The notes under the pieces: generated by a model
Database searches by the model: none
What the model was told of the DNA's origin: nothing
What the model saw: the letters and a program-made list of their open reading frames with translations, nothing else
DNA from: Balanoglossus misakiensis
Taxonomy: Eukaryota > Animalia > Hemichordata
Reading direction: 5' to 3'
Length of the DNA: 64,000 bases
NCBI GenBank assembly: GCA_040954595.2
Contig: CM082577.2
Location: 13,213,903 to 13,277,902 of the forward strand
Translations under genes and position numbers: made by a program
In this document: positions 1-13,819 of the stretch, one piece after another
Numbering within the stretch: the stretch's first letter is position 1
Layout: the number at the start of each line of letters is the position of its first letter

Positions 1-786
1 GCGTGATATCCCCCTCCCACATAAGAAAATTTTGTAAAATACGGCGCTCAAAGTTGCATTTTAATGAACTCCAAAGCAAATAAACTCAATGTTAGGGAGG
101 ACAAATTTTAATTTTGCCACTCCACTCTAAGTAAGCATCTGCCCTGGTACACTAGACTAACCAGCGAATAAATGCAATGTGGCGAATAATGAAGGGGGTG
201 GGTGTGGGAGGGGGTGTCCCCTTCCCACATAAGAAAATTGTGTAAAATATGTAGCGCAAAGTTTCATTTTAATGAACTCCAAAGCAAATTATCTCAATGT
301 TTTGGAGGACCAATTTTATTTTTTGCCACTCCACTAAAAGTTAGAAGATTTGGCGTCATCTTCGTCACGACATCATTTATAAAACTTCTAGTATATAGAA
401 GATGCAGCGCGAACCTATCAGTTATGCGAAATGCTTTAAACGATTATTCTCTTTTATGTATTTAGTTTGTTAAATGTTATCATCGGTGGGGTTGGGGTGG
501 CAAGCACTCTGCCGTGGTACACTAGACAAACAGCAAATTATGAATGAAGGGGGTGGGTGTGGGAGGGGGTGTCCCCCTCTCACATTAGAAAATTTTGCAA
601 AATAAAGGGCGCGAAACTGCTATTTTGTGGACTAAAAAGCAAAAGTTCGGTGGAAAAAGTATGTGACACCCCCCTAAACGTTTAAAAAAACAGATGACCC
701 CCCCCCCCTTTTGGACTTCAAAATTTAAGTGACCCCCCCCCCCCTGGATTCCCCCCCCCCCTGGCCGTAAAAACTGAACGGTCCCT
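1..786. mobile_element. Right part of a non-autonomous DNA transposon (PIF/Harbinger-like end) with internal ~200-bp tandem subunits
   Basis: Ends in ...AAAACTGAACGGTCCC|TAA (GGG-starting TIR on the minus strand, TWA flank). Subunits at ~10-130 and ~215-340. A second copy of the 485-786 part lies at ~32970-33275. Confidence 0.5.
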
Positions 787-793
787 AAGTACA

Positions 794-1365
794 CCATTGC
801 TGATTCTTTGTCCCGTTTGCAGCAAACATACAAACGCGACATAGGAGATGCATCATGCAAGATACTTCCTATCACTATAGAACTCATGTGTTTCGGCCAA
901 AAATTTTGAGCTAGTAATAGTTTTATTTCTATGATTTCTGTTTGATTTCAGTTGCTTAGTTACCGACACTAGGTCAAGGCACTTGTATAACTATGACTCA
1001 ATACTTCCTGTCAAGGGCATTACCCCCATTACATATTACAGTATCAAAGTTCAACTTCAGTCAAGTGTAAGTGTTAGGTTTCAAATCGCAAATCATGGGT
1101 TTTCAGAGAATAAGCATTGTGCTGAAGAGAGAGTGTCAGTTTTAGCTCTAAACACACTTTGAAAAGACGGACCAATCCATGAGTTATTGATTTTGATGGG
1201 CTAGCAGCCAGGAGGTCATATACATGTAATTCCCGTAAGCCTATTTTCCAAGCTTAAATATTCCATAAAAATGAGTTTTATTCGTGAACTGTGAATACCA
1301 CACTAGTTGGCCATTCTCTCCTAATAGAGATGTACGGAGATGGCATGTGACAATGTTCACCATCA
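794..1365 (+). repeat. Duplicated, internally deleted Ngaro/DIRS fragment plus flank (paralog of ~10165-10193 and ~12015-12532)
   Basis: CCATTGCTGATTCTTTGTCCCGTTTGCAG is identical to the RNase H end at ~10165. Positions 832-1365 align closely by eye to ~12015-12532. Confidence 0.8.
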
Positions 1366-3750
1366 TTTAGGCCGATTTTCGTCCTTGGTAGTAATTTATA
1401 TTAAATTTCTGTAACCATAACGACGGATAGAAGATTTTGCGAAATTCCTCAAATTAAGAAACTTGCTATATCTTTGCTACCAATTAAGCTTTAGATGAAA
1501 TTTAAACACTCGAACTTATAATGTCGGGTGCGAGCTTTTGATTGCTAACTTGAACTTTTGGGTTCAAGGTCAAGGTTTTCAGGTCAAAGTGACAAAATGG
1601 GCATTATGGACTTTTGTTCAACATGACACTTTACGGCGAGCGTTTACTAAACACTGTTTGGGTCTTAGAATGCTATAATTTGATCTCCAGATAGAGATGT
1701 GTATTGTTCTCAACCGGTACGTTCGCCACGCCGCTTTCTTAGGTACCCCTGAACATCAAACTCGGAAAAGGTAAATCCATAGCAATAAAAACCCCTGTAA
1801 GAAGGCAGAAAAGCAAATGCTACTTATCTACTTCCCAACTAATCATATAAATAATCTTTTAAACATTTTAATATAAAAATAACAGCTTGTTGTATGTCTG
1901 TTTATTTTTGAATGTTTACAGCTCTGCCTTCTACATCTTTGTGATTAGAATGGAATAATTGTTTTTTTTTTAGTTGTAAATAATTGCATTTCAATACTAT
2001 TTCTCAAAATAATTTCGGGAATTTGATTTGTTTAATTTGTTATAATGACAAAATAGTTCGTAAGTGTGCTTGAGTCATTCTTGTGTTGGGGAAAACAAAC
2101 ATATCATCGTAAATGATAGCATGTTTAGTCACACTAAAATAATTTAGTATTTTAAGTTATATGTAAGTGATGTGTACATGTCCACATATTTGGTGAACAA
2201 TTGCCATCGTGACTGTAATTCTTGAGATGTTTTGGAGCAAAAAAAATATTTTCTTGGTATACATATGTGACGTCCCATTTTGGGGGGACTCATATTTGTA
2301 AAGAAAATATAATGTCATATTTACAATTTTTTCCATTAATCAAACTATTTCTCAGATCCAATTTTCTAAAATTAGTTGCACCTTGTTTATATAAACTTCA
2401 GGCTTAAGGCAGCAAGGTAAGGGTTGAGCACAACTTGAGAATTATAACAAATACTTCGGAAAATTGAAGATGTTTGCCTTCTTCGAGTGCTGAGATATCA
2501 TGACTGACGCTCATGGGACTAAGAGGTGGGTTATATGGGGTGAGTGTGACGTAATGAGGGCTTAAAGTTAAGAATTTGATCTCAGGGTAGCGAAAGGGTA
2601 GAGACATCAGCCTATGTTTTGGATCTTATCACATGAACTGGCCCGCATAGCCACCTGTGTGACGCAGAACAGGTCGAATAAAAAATCCGAATTTACCCCT
2701 GTTCTACGTCATCAACCAGAACTATTTTCGTTGATTCGCCCGTCCCTGTAACTTTCTTGTAAAACGGAATAACAAGTGCTTGTACCCGTAGTTGTACATA
2801 ATTGAAATAATAATGACGGTCCCATGACGGTTCCGTGATAATATCGCTGGGTAAAATCAATACGAAAAAGGTAGAATTTGGAAAGTCAACGCTACGATCG
2901 TGGATGTGTGCTTGCACTTGCAGCTAGCGAGCTAGCCAGCACACGTGATTTTGGGGTTACGGAAATGGTTTCGAGTCAGCTGAGCGGGACGTCTAAATTT
3001 CTGTATTCTGTCCACCGGTCAACAAAATATATAAGACGTGGAAAAACATCGCAGTTCATTTGTTAGAGAGTCGAAAACATTTGTCTGGGGTTTGAGGCTG
3101 AGATCGGTACGAGGCATGTATTTCTGCGGAAACACAACGGCGCTGACTAGCCAGGCCGACGCAAACGCAACATGGAACTTCGTTCCCGGACTAATATTTT
3201 TAATATCCTGTCACATTAACGGTTTGGTGATATATGGCAACGGACCTGTGTTTATTTATTCATAAAGTTTTACATGAAGCGCGTCACTTTTTCTGTCAAA
3301 CTGCAACTTGCACCATAATTTTGCGGGCGAACTCGACGCGATGACTTGCTAAGACGTTGTGTTGACACGTACACAGCGCGAGTCGATGATTGACAGCCAA
3401 AATGTATCAAAATTCTGGCCCATGTGACTGACTCCGCGAATCTGATTGGTAGACAAGACACAAAGTGTATAAAACTTGAAAGTCGATTGCACTTTATGAA
3501 TGAAAATGATATCATCATTAGCATATCTCGTGAGGGTCACAGATCGTTGCGCAGGGGAAAGAACGTAATCCCGCTAAATGAACTACAAGGCCGCTCAAAT
3601 ATTTTAGCAAGATATTGGAATTTTTTTATCCTACCTCTTCTAACGAAAAATGAGAAGACTGTTCATGTGATAAATATATAATCCCATGATGTTTTTCTTT
3701 GTTTGACGTAATCGTAACAACACGACGCACCCAACACCAGGCCGCCGAAG

Positions 3751-6700
3751 TGATACAATGACAATGATACAATGATATTTATTATTCAATGCAAGGCCTC
3801 AGCCCATCGGACAATTTTTTTATTTTTTTTTATTTTTTTATTTCAGAGAAAAAAAAGGAATACAAAGCAAGGGAAGTCAAAAACACGAAAACAAAAGGAA
3901 GGTGAGGGCAAAGAGCAAAAACAAATCAAAAACAAGAACAATCATAATCGAGAATCTGAAGACATCACAGTGGCAGGATTACTTTCCATTTATCGTGAAA
4001 AAGATTGATTTTTCCATTTTTCTTTGCAATATTTTTTTCTGAGATTACAATACTTTTAACTTTTTCAATGAAAACAGCAAGAGACGGTTTCTCATTTAAA
4101 AAACGAATTGCATATAAATGGTACTTGGCTACAATTAATAAATGGTTTAATAGTAAGTTTCTGTTTTGAGGAAGGACACCAAAAAGGACATCTCGACAAG
4201 ATAGTGTGATTATTTGATTTGTTTTAAACTGGTAGAATTTTTGAAAGGTGGCCCAAAATTTTCTGGCTTCGCTACATTCCCAGAATAAATTCTCTATAGT
4301 TTCTTGTAAATTACAGTGTTGACAGCTATCACTGTCTTTTATTTTATTATTCATTAAAAAAGGGTTTGTAGCTAGTATGCGGTGATTGATTTTAAATTGA
4401 AAAACTCTCAATTTCACTTCTTTTGTGGTTTCATATAGCAGTTTCCATATTTTTGTCCAGTTAACGTTTTGCGCATAATTCATTTTAGAGTACTTTTTTC
4501 TGAAGTGGGTGGGAGAAACTTTTTTTGCTTAAACATCTCGTAGAATTTCTTTGTGGTGCCTGTTCGAATTGGGTTTTTTTTCAAGGTATTCTTGTGTATT
4601 TTCATCAGTTGCTGGAATGAAACTTCCATTTCTCAATAATTCTTTCCATTTTCTTGGTATTGATGAGATAACGCCACTATATGTTATAAAATCTACATTG
4701 ACGTTAAACTTTTCCTTAAACTCCTGCCAGGGGAGTGGAGCACCAATGACATCAAATACATCGCTTATGTACTTAATACCCTGTTGGAACCATTTCTTAT
4801 AGAATATGGTGTTCCCATCGACAGTAACATATTTGTTATTCCATATGAATTGTGACGCGACCTCCTGGGCTGTATGAATTTCCACATTTTTCAGTTCCGA
4901 AAAATATGTCAAAATATTCGAGTAAAACATTGGGATTTTAAAAGGAATGCGTTTGACGTCATAATTACTGTTTAATAGAAATCTGAGGCCCCCCAGTCTT
5001 TGAAAGTATAAATTTGGGATAAGCTTCCATGGGGAATCATTTTCTAAAAGTTGCTTCAAATAAGACAATTTAAGTGCCTTATTCATTTCCAAAACGTCAA
5101 TCATATTCAGTCCCCATTTATCTAAATCCCCCATAATTGTAACATTTTTATATGAGTTTTCTTATTTTTCCACAGAAATTTGAAAAGTATTGAGTTTGCT
5201 TCTTTTACAAAACTTTCAGGAACAGAAATTGCTTTCATAACGTATACTAATTTTGAAATTCCAAAGCATTTTGAAAGAAGTACTCTCCCCTCTATTGTCA
5301 GATTTCTACCTTTTCATATGTCTAATTTATCTCTAAGTTTTCTTAAAATATTCCAGCAATTAAGTTTCTCATTTTGAAATGTGTCGTGGCCAATGTACAC
5401 TCCGAGCAATTTGATTGGTGATTTAGTATCGGATAAAATTTGCGGAAGATCACCGGAGTATTTCCACAGACGTTTCGTTGGCCCTACTAAAAGTAATTCT
5501 GTTTTATTGTAGTTTATTTCTAACCCTGAACAATTCGTAAATTCCTTTAATAATTGAATGCTTGTTTTAATGTCTGCTATACCATTTAGGAATAAAGTTG
5601 TGTCATCTGCAAAACCTGAAATTTTCTTTTTGTTATTTGGGGTAAGAGTAATTCCATCAATATCCTCCGAATTCCTTACGGCTATTGCCAGCAACTCAAT
5701 TGATATTAGGAATAATGCTGTCGACAGGGGGCATACCTGTCTTATCCCCCGTTCTAATTCAAACCAACCCGTTGAAAACCCATTGTTTACGACACAGCTC
5801 TGTACTTTTGTATAGACAACTTTGACCCATTTACAGAAATGTTGACCAAAACCGAATAATTGTAGTGCCTTGTGCATGAAACTCCACTCCAAACTGTCAA
5901 ACGCTTTTAAAATCTATGAACAGTATAGCGCCTGGTATTTTTTCATTTTCCATGTATTCAATTAAATCGGAAACAAGCCGTAAATTTTCCATTATACTTC
6001 TGCCCTTGACGAAGGCTGTTTGGTCTTGATGTATAATTGAAGGTAGGACTTTAGAGACTCGAGTAGCGATACTCCTACTTGCTGCTTTGTAATCAGAGTT
6101 TAAAAGGGAAATGGGGCGCCAATTCTCTATGTTATGGGGGTCTTTACCTTTTTTTAGGAATGAGAGTGATTACTGCTTGTCTCTGGGTTTGTGAAAGTTG
6201 TCCCGATTCATAGGCATAATTAAGGCTGTCCACAAGCTTAGTACTAAGCGTGTCCCAAACGGCTATGTAAAATTCAGGTGGTAACCCATCACTGCCTGGA
6301 GATTTGTTTTTTGGGGATGACTTTAGCGATTCTAGTATTTCCTTTTCGCACAATTGTTTAAAGGAACATACAATACTGAGAATGTCACTGACACAAAAAA
6401 AGATAATATATACACTCGGTGATTCAAAACTGAAATCACAAAACTGAAATCATGGAGAAAAGCTAGCTCCATGCTAATCGTGGAAACTTCTCACGTTTTT
6501 TAAATGCATTCAGCAAAAATAAAGAAAACTGAGAAATTACATGTTCATTTTGTGATGAGAGAAGATTTACAAAAGTTCTGACACTTGGGTACTCTCTGAG
6601 TATTATTGGAATGTAGATTGTTCTGATGTCCTCATAAAAAAGGACAAATAAACACAGAATGAAATTCGTTTTCTATATGGAGGACATTTTGGACAGTTTT

Positions 6701-8609
6701 GCAATACATACACACTCATGACGTGGGATATTAGCGTGACGCCCCAGTTCAATATTTAATTTGTGTGTGGAGCAACGAAAATCAGCTAAAACTTTCTTTT
6801 TACGGTAAGTTAAAAAACGTAAGTATTTTTCAGGTTCTAATAATGATTTAAAAGTACAGTACATCTCAAGTATGGGGGAATTATTTACGCCATAGTGCCA
6901 TTCTTGTCTAAAACAATCCTTGATTCTCTGTGTGAAATTGAATAAAAATGTTGTTGGATCTCCTATTTGTTGTTCAAACCAAACTATACCAAAACCATAT
7001 CTGAAGAGTAGACTTTTGACTGAACTTGCCCAAGTGATTTTCCCTGCATCATCTAATGTTTTAAGCATCAAATAACATGCTTTTGGGTATCTATTCTCTT
7101 CCATTACAAGAAGTTTTATCCAATAAGAGATACATCTTTTAAAATACACACAGCATAAAGGTAGCCTACCACATTCCCCAAGTAACGCTTCAGTATTAAC
7201 ACTGCTGTTTACTCCGGTTAAAAATCTGCAACATTTAATCTGAATTCGTTCGATGGTATCAGAATATTCAAATCCCCATATTTCACTCCCGTAACATATG
7301 GTGGGAACAACGATTGAACGATTTTCTAATTGCAGATTTCAGTGAGAACATGGCTTTCGCGCCCTTCGCAGCCAGGTTTGATTTCGCTGGGGACCATGAC
7401 AATCTTGATGAGATAATTAAACCCAAGTAGTTATAGTAACTAACAGTTTCGACTCTATTGCCCCTATAATACCATTTTTCGTATCTCCTGAGATAACCCC
7501 CATTTCTAAAAACGATTATTTCTGACTTGTTGAGATTTACGTCCATCTCCCAATCCCTACAAAATGTTTCAAGTTGACTCAGCTTTCGCTGCAACACAAT
7601 TCTTTGGTCAGCTACATCAGCTACGTCATCAGCATACATTACCAAGCTAATCGATGGAAAATTCTCATTAATATAAATACCAGTTGATTGAGTGTCATTC
7701 ATGTAACTTGACAACTCATTAATGAATAAAGAAAATAACAATGGACTTAACATGCATCCTTGTCTTGTGCCTACCGTACATTAATTTTAAAATACTCTGT
7801 CAATCTATCTTTACATCGTACACATGATTCAAGTTGAGAGTACATTGATCTTAATATTTTCAGTGTCTTACAATGTAAACCATATGAAATTAATCTATGC
7901 CATAAATAATCATGATCTACTCTATCAAAAGCTTTGGAAAAATCGATAAAAACTATATAAAGACGACCACCTTTTCTGGATAAATATTTTTGAACTAAAG
8001 ATTGCAAAGAGAAAATATTGTCAACAGTAGAGTAACCCTTACGAAAACCAGCTTGGGCTTCTACTACAATACGCTTTTCGTTTGCCCATTTTACAAGCCT
8101 TTGATTTAAAATCTTTGTAAAATATTTACTACAGGTTGAAAGTAACGAAATACCTCTGTAATTGTTAACATCACTGAGTGAACCTTTCTTATGTAACGGA
8201 AAAATGATACCTTTACACCATTCCTGTGGAAATTGTCCAACACTCAAAATACTACTAAAAAGCCTGCACAACAATGGTGACATATTTATGGAATTTTTAA
8301 AAATTTCAGATACAAAACCATCAGGACCTGGGGCTTTTTTATTCTTTGAGCTCTTGATGACGTCATAGACTTCCCTCACAGAGATGGCTTCATTGACCAA
8401 CGCAGGTTGATTTTCTGCACAAAGTGAACAGTGACTGTCATGGTCATATAGCTCTGATCTTACTCTATTTCGGAAATCACTGTCACCAGAAACAATAGTG
8501 GGCACATTTAACAATTTTTTGAAATAATCTAACAATTCGGTTGGACAAATTTCGTATTGTAAACTACCCCCGCAGTACAACATGTCGAGGCAGAGGTGAT
8601 TTACGTTAC
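3751..8609 (-). mobile_element. 5'-truncated RTE-X-like non-LTR retrotransposon (degenerate ORF2), interrupted by an L1/Tx1 insertion
   Basis: RT motifs KAPGPDG, NYRGISLL, QAGFRKG, DFSKAFD, LSPLLFSLFIN and YADD in ORFs 7771-8583 and 7283-7753. C-terminal HKLNIELGRH..IPR motif in 6673-7149. The 3' end with AATAAA and a (CATTGTAT)-like tail lies at 3751-3810. Confidence 0.8.
3817..6349 (-). mobile_element. 5'-truncated L1/Tx1-clade LINE (frameshifted ORF2: RT and C-terminal zinc-binding domain)
   Basis: KSPGSDG, GIRQVCPLS, FADD and C..C...ET..NLFW.C motifs in ORFs 6144-6353, 5314-5892, 4529-5134 and 3965-4483. Poly(A) tail at ~3815-3843. Candidate TSD ACAATT at 3811-3816 and 6350-6355. Confidence 0.9.
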
Positions 8610-11600
8610 CTGATTAACTACATGCGTCTTATAGGCTCAAAGGCAGACTCCTGTAAACCACAAGCGTGGCTGTCTTACGACAATGCATTCAGGCAAGACA
8701 TGGCCAGATACCCGGATCTTCAAAGTTGGAGCAACCCCAACCCCTCAAGTTGATTACACATTCTTCCAGAAAAACCCGCATCTACTCCTGCCATTATGCC
8801 ACGAATGTAATAAAAGTGGCCACGCCAAACCTGACTGCCCATCATTGCCGGCACGGCCGAATACAAGAATAGCAAGTCAAGATTCCTTCCTAGGCGCTCC
8901 CCAAAACTACATCCGAATATGCAAGGACTTTAACCGTAGCTTCTGTAAATCAACATGTCCCGGACACGCCGCATCCACATCTGCAGCACATGCCACGCCA
9001 ACGACCACGTCGCCACCTTCAATAATTATCAACAGTCGCAGCCCCGTCAGGCCTTTCGTCCAAGCGGATCCAAGCAATCTACACCGCAGCCCTTTCGACC
9101 GGTCAACATGATTGTCAAGCACGGCCCGGGCACACTTATTGCAAAGATTTACATCAAACACGCATTTCGGCTCTGTCCAGTACGACGAAAAGATTGGCAC
9201 CTTCTCGGTTTCCGGTGGCAAGGCCACTACTTCTTCGACAGAGTTCTCCCGTTTGGCCTCCGCTCAGCCCCATTCCTATTGCTTCAGCCATCGAGTGGAT
9301 TATCCAGCAACGGGCGGCTACACCTGACCTCCTTCACAACCTCGACGATTTCCTTACAGGCGGTCCGCCAGACACTGACGCCTGTGCACACAACATGCAA
9401 GTAATGCTGAACACCTGCCAAGCACTGGGCTCCCCGATAGCTCCAGACAAGATTGAAGGCCCCTCTCCTGTTCTCACCTCCTTAAGTGTCGTCGAACTTG
9501 ATTCTATCAACATGGTAATCCGGTTACCCCAAGACAAGTTCGAAGACCTAACATCAACCATCACAACATGGCTTCACCGCATATCATGCACCAAACGGGA
9601 ACTGCTTTCACTCATCGGAACACTAAGCTTTGCATGCAAATGCATCCCCGCTGGATGCATTTTTCTCGGGCCAATGATTGACCTCAGCACCACCACAACA
9701 AGACTCAATGACACTATCTCACTAACAGAATATTTCAGACTCGACATACAGTGGTGGCACAAGTTCCTACCGACTCGGAATGGGTCAGCCGGATTTGTCG
9801 AACCGTCGTGGATCCCTGCCAGCAAGATGCAGATATTCACGTATGCATCACTCACCAAAGGTTGCGGTGCATACTGCAAGGGCAGTGGTTCAACCTACAA
9901 TGGCCCGAGCACCACAGCCAGAGGAAAGGACCATCCATCGCATGGAAAGAACTCTTCCCAATCTACCTGGCATGCATAATTTGGGCCATCGTCGGCAAGT
10001 TCAACGCATCATGTTTCATCGCGACAATCAAACCGTCATCGACATCTGGGAGAAAGGGTCATCACGCTGCCCCCTCATCATGGAACACCTCCGCGGGAGG
10101 TTTTTCATCTCGGCCAGGGGCAATTTCCACATCATGGTCACCTGCATTGCAGGCACTACTAAGGCCATTGCTGATTCTTTGTCCCGTTTGCAGATCGACC
10201 TATTCCGGCAGTTGGCACCACAAGCAGAGCCATATACCGTACCAGTCAAGGACGCCATATCTCGCACGCTCGACTGGATTCGCGGGCATCTCATATAGAA
10301 CTTTCGCGTTTAGAAGACCAGGTCCGATATTTCATGATGAATAGCACAGCCGCATCAGCCCGACACACACATGGTCGGCCAAACGCGCTAACTCAACTTC
10401 TGCCGCACATACATACCAGGGGGGGGGGGAGGGGGGGGGGAGACTCACGCCGCAAAGCACAGTGGGTAATTTTCCACCACAGCCGCACATTTCAAACCAG
10501 GCAAGCGAACTGCTGACTTCCGAAGTCTGGGCAACACGTTTGATGTGCCTTGTATTTTGCACAATATTCGACTTCAAGGAGACAGACCTATAATACTTCC
10601 TAATTTGGTTCTGTTTCTTTGTTATTTTTGTCAGTCCAACCAAGATCCACGAGATCGTAAACTGCTTGGATTAGGTCGCGTCGAGGGGCTGCGGCCGGCC
10701 ACAGGTCAAGTCGCTGTGTGTTGTAAACAAACGTGGTAAAATGCAACACACTCGCTCTACCCACTGTCACTGTGCTATACCGTACTGTCGATCGTTTCCA
10801 TGTCAGTTTCACGCTCGCACGTTATAATGCCCCTTCATGCCTATCGTAATCCCGGGATCGTAATTTCTTCATGATATGACAGTCCCACCGATCTGACAAC
10901 ACGCTCGCTTTTATTACTAGTATGTCGTTTTGTCCCGTTCGCTAGCCCTGCTCCCGGCGTTCCTGGACTATCCCGTACGCCAACTTTACTGAACTGCAAG
11001 TTGCAGAATCAGTTTGCGTCTGGGCCGAAACTTGTCTGTTACCGACTTGTTTCCGACTGGTACAGCTAAGACTAGCTCAGTGTGGCAGGGCCGGTGTTGT
11101 GTCTCACGTCGACGTCTCCAAACACTGCTAGTACTGCTACTTCTGAGCGGACTCAGGCGACCTTGTTAGCTATATATATAGCTAGCTTTAACGCAGGGCC
11201 ATGAGTGATTTTGGTATTTTGTAAGATACTTGATCACGATTCTAACTGGAATATTGCGTAGACAAAATAATTTGCGCCTGTTTGTATCTGTTAACTCGAG
11301 CTGCGTACACTGTAATGCCCGTGTGCCAAACACGTTGTCTATGGGAGTCACAGAAATACTACCCACTTTCGGGCGTGGAATTCAACAATGTCATACGGGA
11401 TTTTAGAAAGTGGCGCTTAGAGGCGCTTTCATGTTTTTAAATTGTTATGATGAAGAAAAACTCAACAATGCGTTTTAAATGGATATCGCCCCGACCGTTT
11501 TCATGCAATAATGCCCAAAACACAGCTAATTAACTTTTTAAGGTCCTACTTTAAGATTGGGTATGTCAATTTCAACTCTCCGTAAAATAAACACAGATGT

Positions 11601-12075
11601 AGTATCATACGGGAAAAAATGTCTGGTGTTTCACACATAATGTAACTTTCTAAATTTGAGATCGTGATTTATTTCTATGATCACATTCTGTTCAAAAACG
11701 GGGTTTTCGAGCCTTTACTGTCGACAAGAGGCGCATATGAGTGAGCCAGAATGCTGCACTCTGATTGGTCAATTTAGTAGCCACTAGAGGGCAGCGTTCG
11801 TGAGTCGCCCCCCCCCCCCCTGCATACATACCACTGGACCGCACTAACAGTGACACAACGTTGTGCTGTCCTCTTCGTCACCTACCTCGCATCACAACCA
11901 CTGACGTATAAGACAATCAAACTTTACCTCACATCAGTGCTGAGCATGCACGTAGAAGCCGGAAACAGGGAACTGACGGATGAGCCCCTCATCCACAAAA
12001 CACTCCAGGGACTCAAACGTGACAAAGGAGATGCATCACACAAGATACTTCCTATCACTACAGAACTCATGTGTA
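8610..12075 (+). mobile_element. DIRS/Ngaro-type tyrosine-recombinase retrotransposon remnant (gag, RT, RNase H, start of YR), interrupted at 10417-11822
   Basis: Gag CCHC knuckle CHECNKSGHAKPDC. RT motifs HAFRLCPV, LPFGLRSAP and NLDDFL. RNase H motifs IAWKELFPI, DNQTV and IADSLSR. Recombinase N-terminus YKTIKLYLTSV...LPITTELM at 11850-12075. Many frameshifts. Confidence 0.88.
10417..11822. mobile_element. Non-autonomous DNA transposon with CAG(G)n-GACTCACG TIRs and 9-bp TSD (AcademH- or MULE-like)
   Basis: Left end CAGGG...GAGACTCACG, right end CGTGAGTCGCCC...CCTG. TSD CATACATAC at 10408-10416 and 11823-11831. No credible ORF inside. Confidence 0.85.
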
Positions 12076-12655
12076 ACGGCCAAAAATATTGAGCTAGTAG
12101 TAGTTTTATTTCTATGGTTTCTGTTTGATTTCAGTTGCTTAGTTACCGACACTAGGTCAAGGCACTTTTTAACTATGACTGAATACTTCCTGTCAAGGGC
12201 ATTACCCCCATTACATATTACAGTATCAAAGTTCAACTTCAGTCAAGTGTAAGTGTTAGGTTTCAGAAGCACATGGGTTTTCAGAGAGTAAAGCATTGTG
12301 CCGAAGAGAGAGTGTCAGTTTTAGCTCTAAACACACTTAAAAAAGACGGACCAATCCATGAATTATTGTTTTTGATGGGCTAACAGCCAGGTCATATAAT
12401 TCCGGTAAGCCTATTTTACAAGCTTAAATATTCCGTAAAATGAGTTTTATTGTGAACTGTGATTACCACACTAGTTGGCCATTCTCTCCTAATAGAGATG
12501 TACGGAGATGGCATGTGACAATGTTCTCCATCAGTTTATACACCTAATTTCATACCAAGATGCACAAAGACTTTCCATAGACTCTGATTTGGACAGTTTT
12601 ATTGGACACAAGTTGCTTTTTGACCTTCAGTGATGTATTTTATAAATTTTAGATT

Positions 12656-12938
12656 TGTTTCAGTTCGAAAGTGCTTTATGCATAATTAATTAGTCATTGG
12701 AATGCAAATTACTTTAGAAGGGGTAAGTGCATGCCTATTGCCTCTAGATGGCGCTCTACATAAGAGGCCACGGTTCAAGGTGGTAAACTTGACCTTTGAA
12801 CCCTCGAGTTGCATAACAATCCCAAGTACTTATGTAGTGTTTTATTTTAATTTATTTACAGTCAATCGTCATTACGTCTTTACGTCACGTTGTCCTGTAT
12901 GTTTGATGACCTGTTAGTGATAAATAAACCCTGTGACA
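12656..12938 (+). mobile_element. Possible solo LTR
   Basis: TGTTTCAG...CTGTGACA inverted termini with AATAAA near the 3' end. No clean TSD. Confidence 0.3.
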
Positions 12939-13819
12939 AAGAATTAGACACTAGCAGGGATTTAGCAGGGACGCATTGCGGAGAGATCTATACCTGACTG
13001 TTTACCCGGAAGCAGTGCGCAGCAGGCTACATAAAAATGACGGATCCATGAATGTATCGCTTGGTAAGCTCAAAAGAGACAGGTTGAATTCAGAAAGAAT
13101 ACAGTCAACCAAATGATCATGGACGCTTGCGGCTGTCATGGTACAAAGTGTAGGCGCAAGTCCGGTATGTCCCGAGTCGAATCAGTATGAGGAATGGTTT
13201 CTGGTTTCAGCGTTACGTCTGAACCTCTATATTCCACCGATCATCTAAATGCATGAAACATGCAAGCTGCAGTAAATTGTAAGCGAATCGATTACATTTG
13301 TGTAAGGCCGTCACTGGTTGAGATTCTGTCGCCACGCTCGTTTTTATTTCTGCGGAAAGGCGTGTCGACCGTACTGACCTGACCTCATGGACGCAGCAAC
13401 AGTTCCTTAATTACTTGGCACCTGAACTTTGGTTATTTTTAAAAACTTTTACATGAAGTACGTCATTTTTCTCAACGACATACGGCTCGAAGTTGCACTG
13501 CTCTGCAAAAAGTGGGTAGTAAATTTGCATATCTTATCATCACCGGAGCCTCGCTTTCGAACACGCGGGAACTACAACATGGCGTTCGCAACCCTCGCCG
13601 TTATCTGTAAACACGTTTATATGAGTGGTTTATCTCATTAAAAAGAAACAAAGAAAAAGAAAAATTAACTTTTCTGATTTTAAAGTTATACTTGCAATAA
13701 CGAAACAATCCGGCATTTGTAGCGTCATTTTCTTACAATTCACGACCTATCTCGGCACCAGTCATTAAGGTCACTGAACACGCTATGACAGGCCAATCTT
13801 CAGCGAACGGGTTAAGGGG

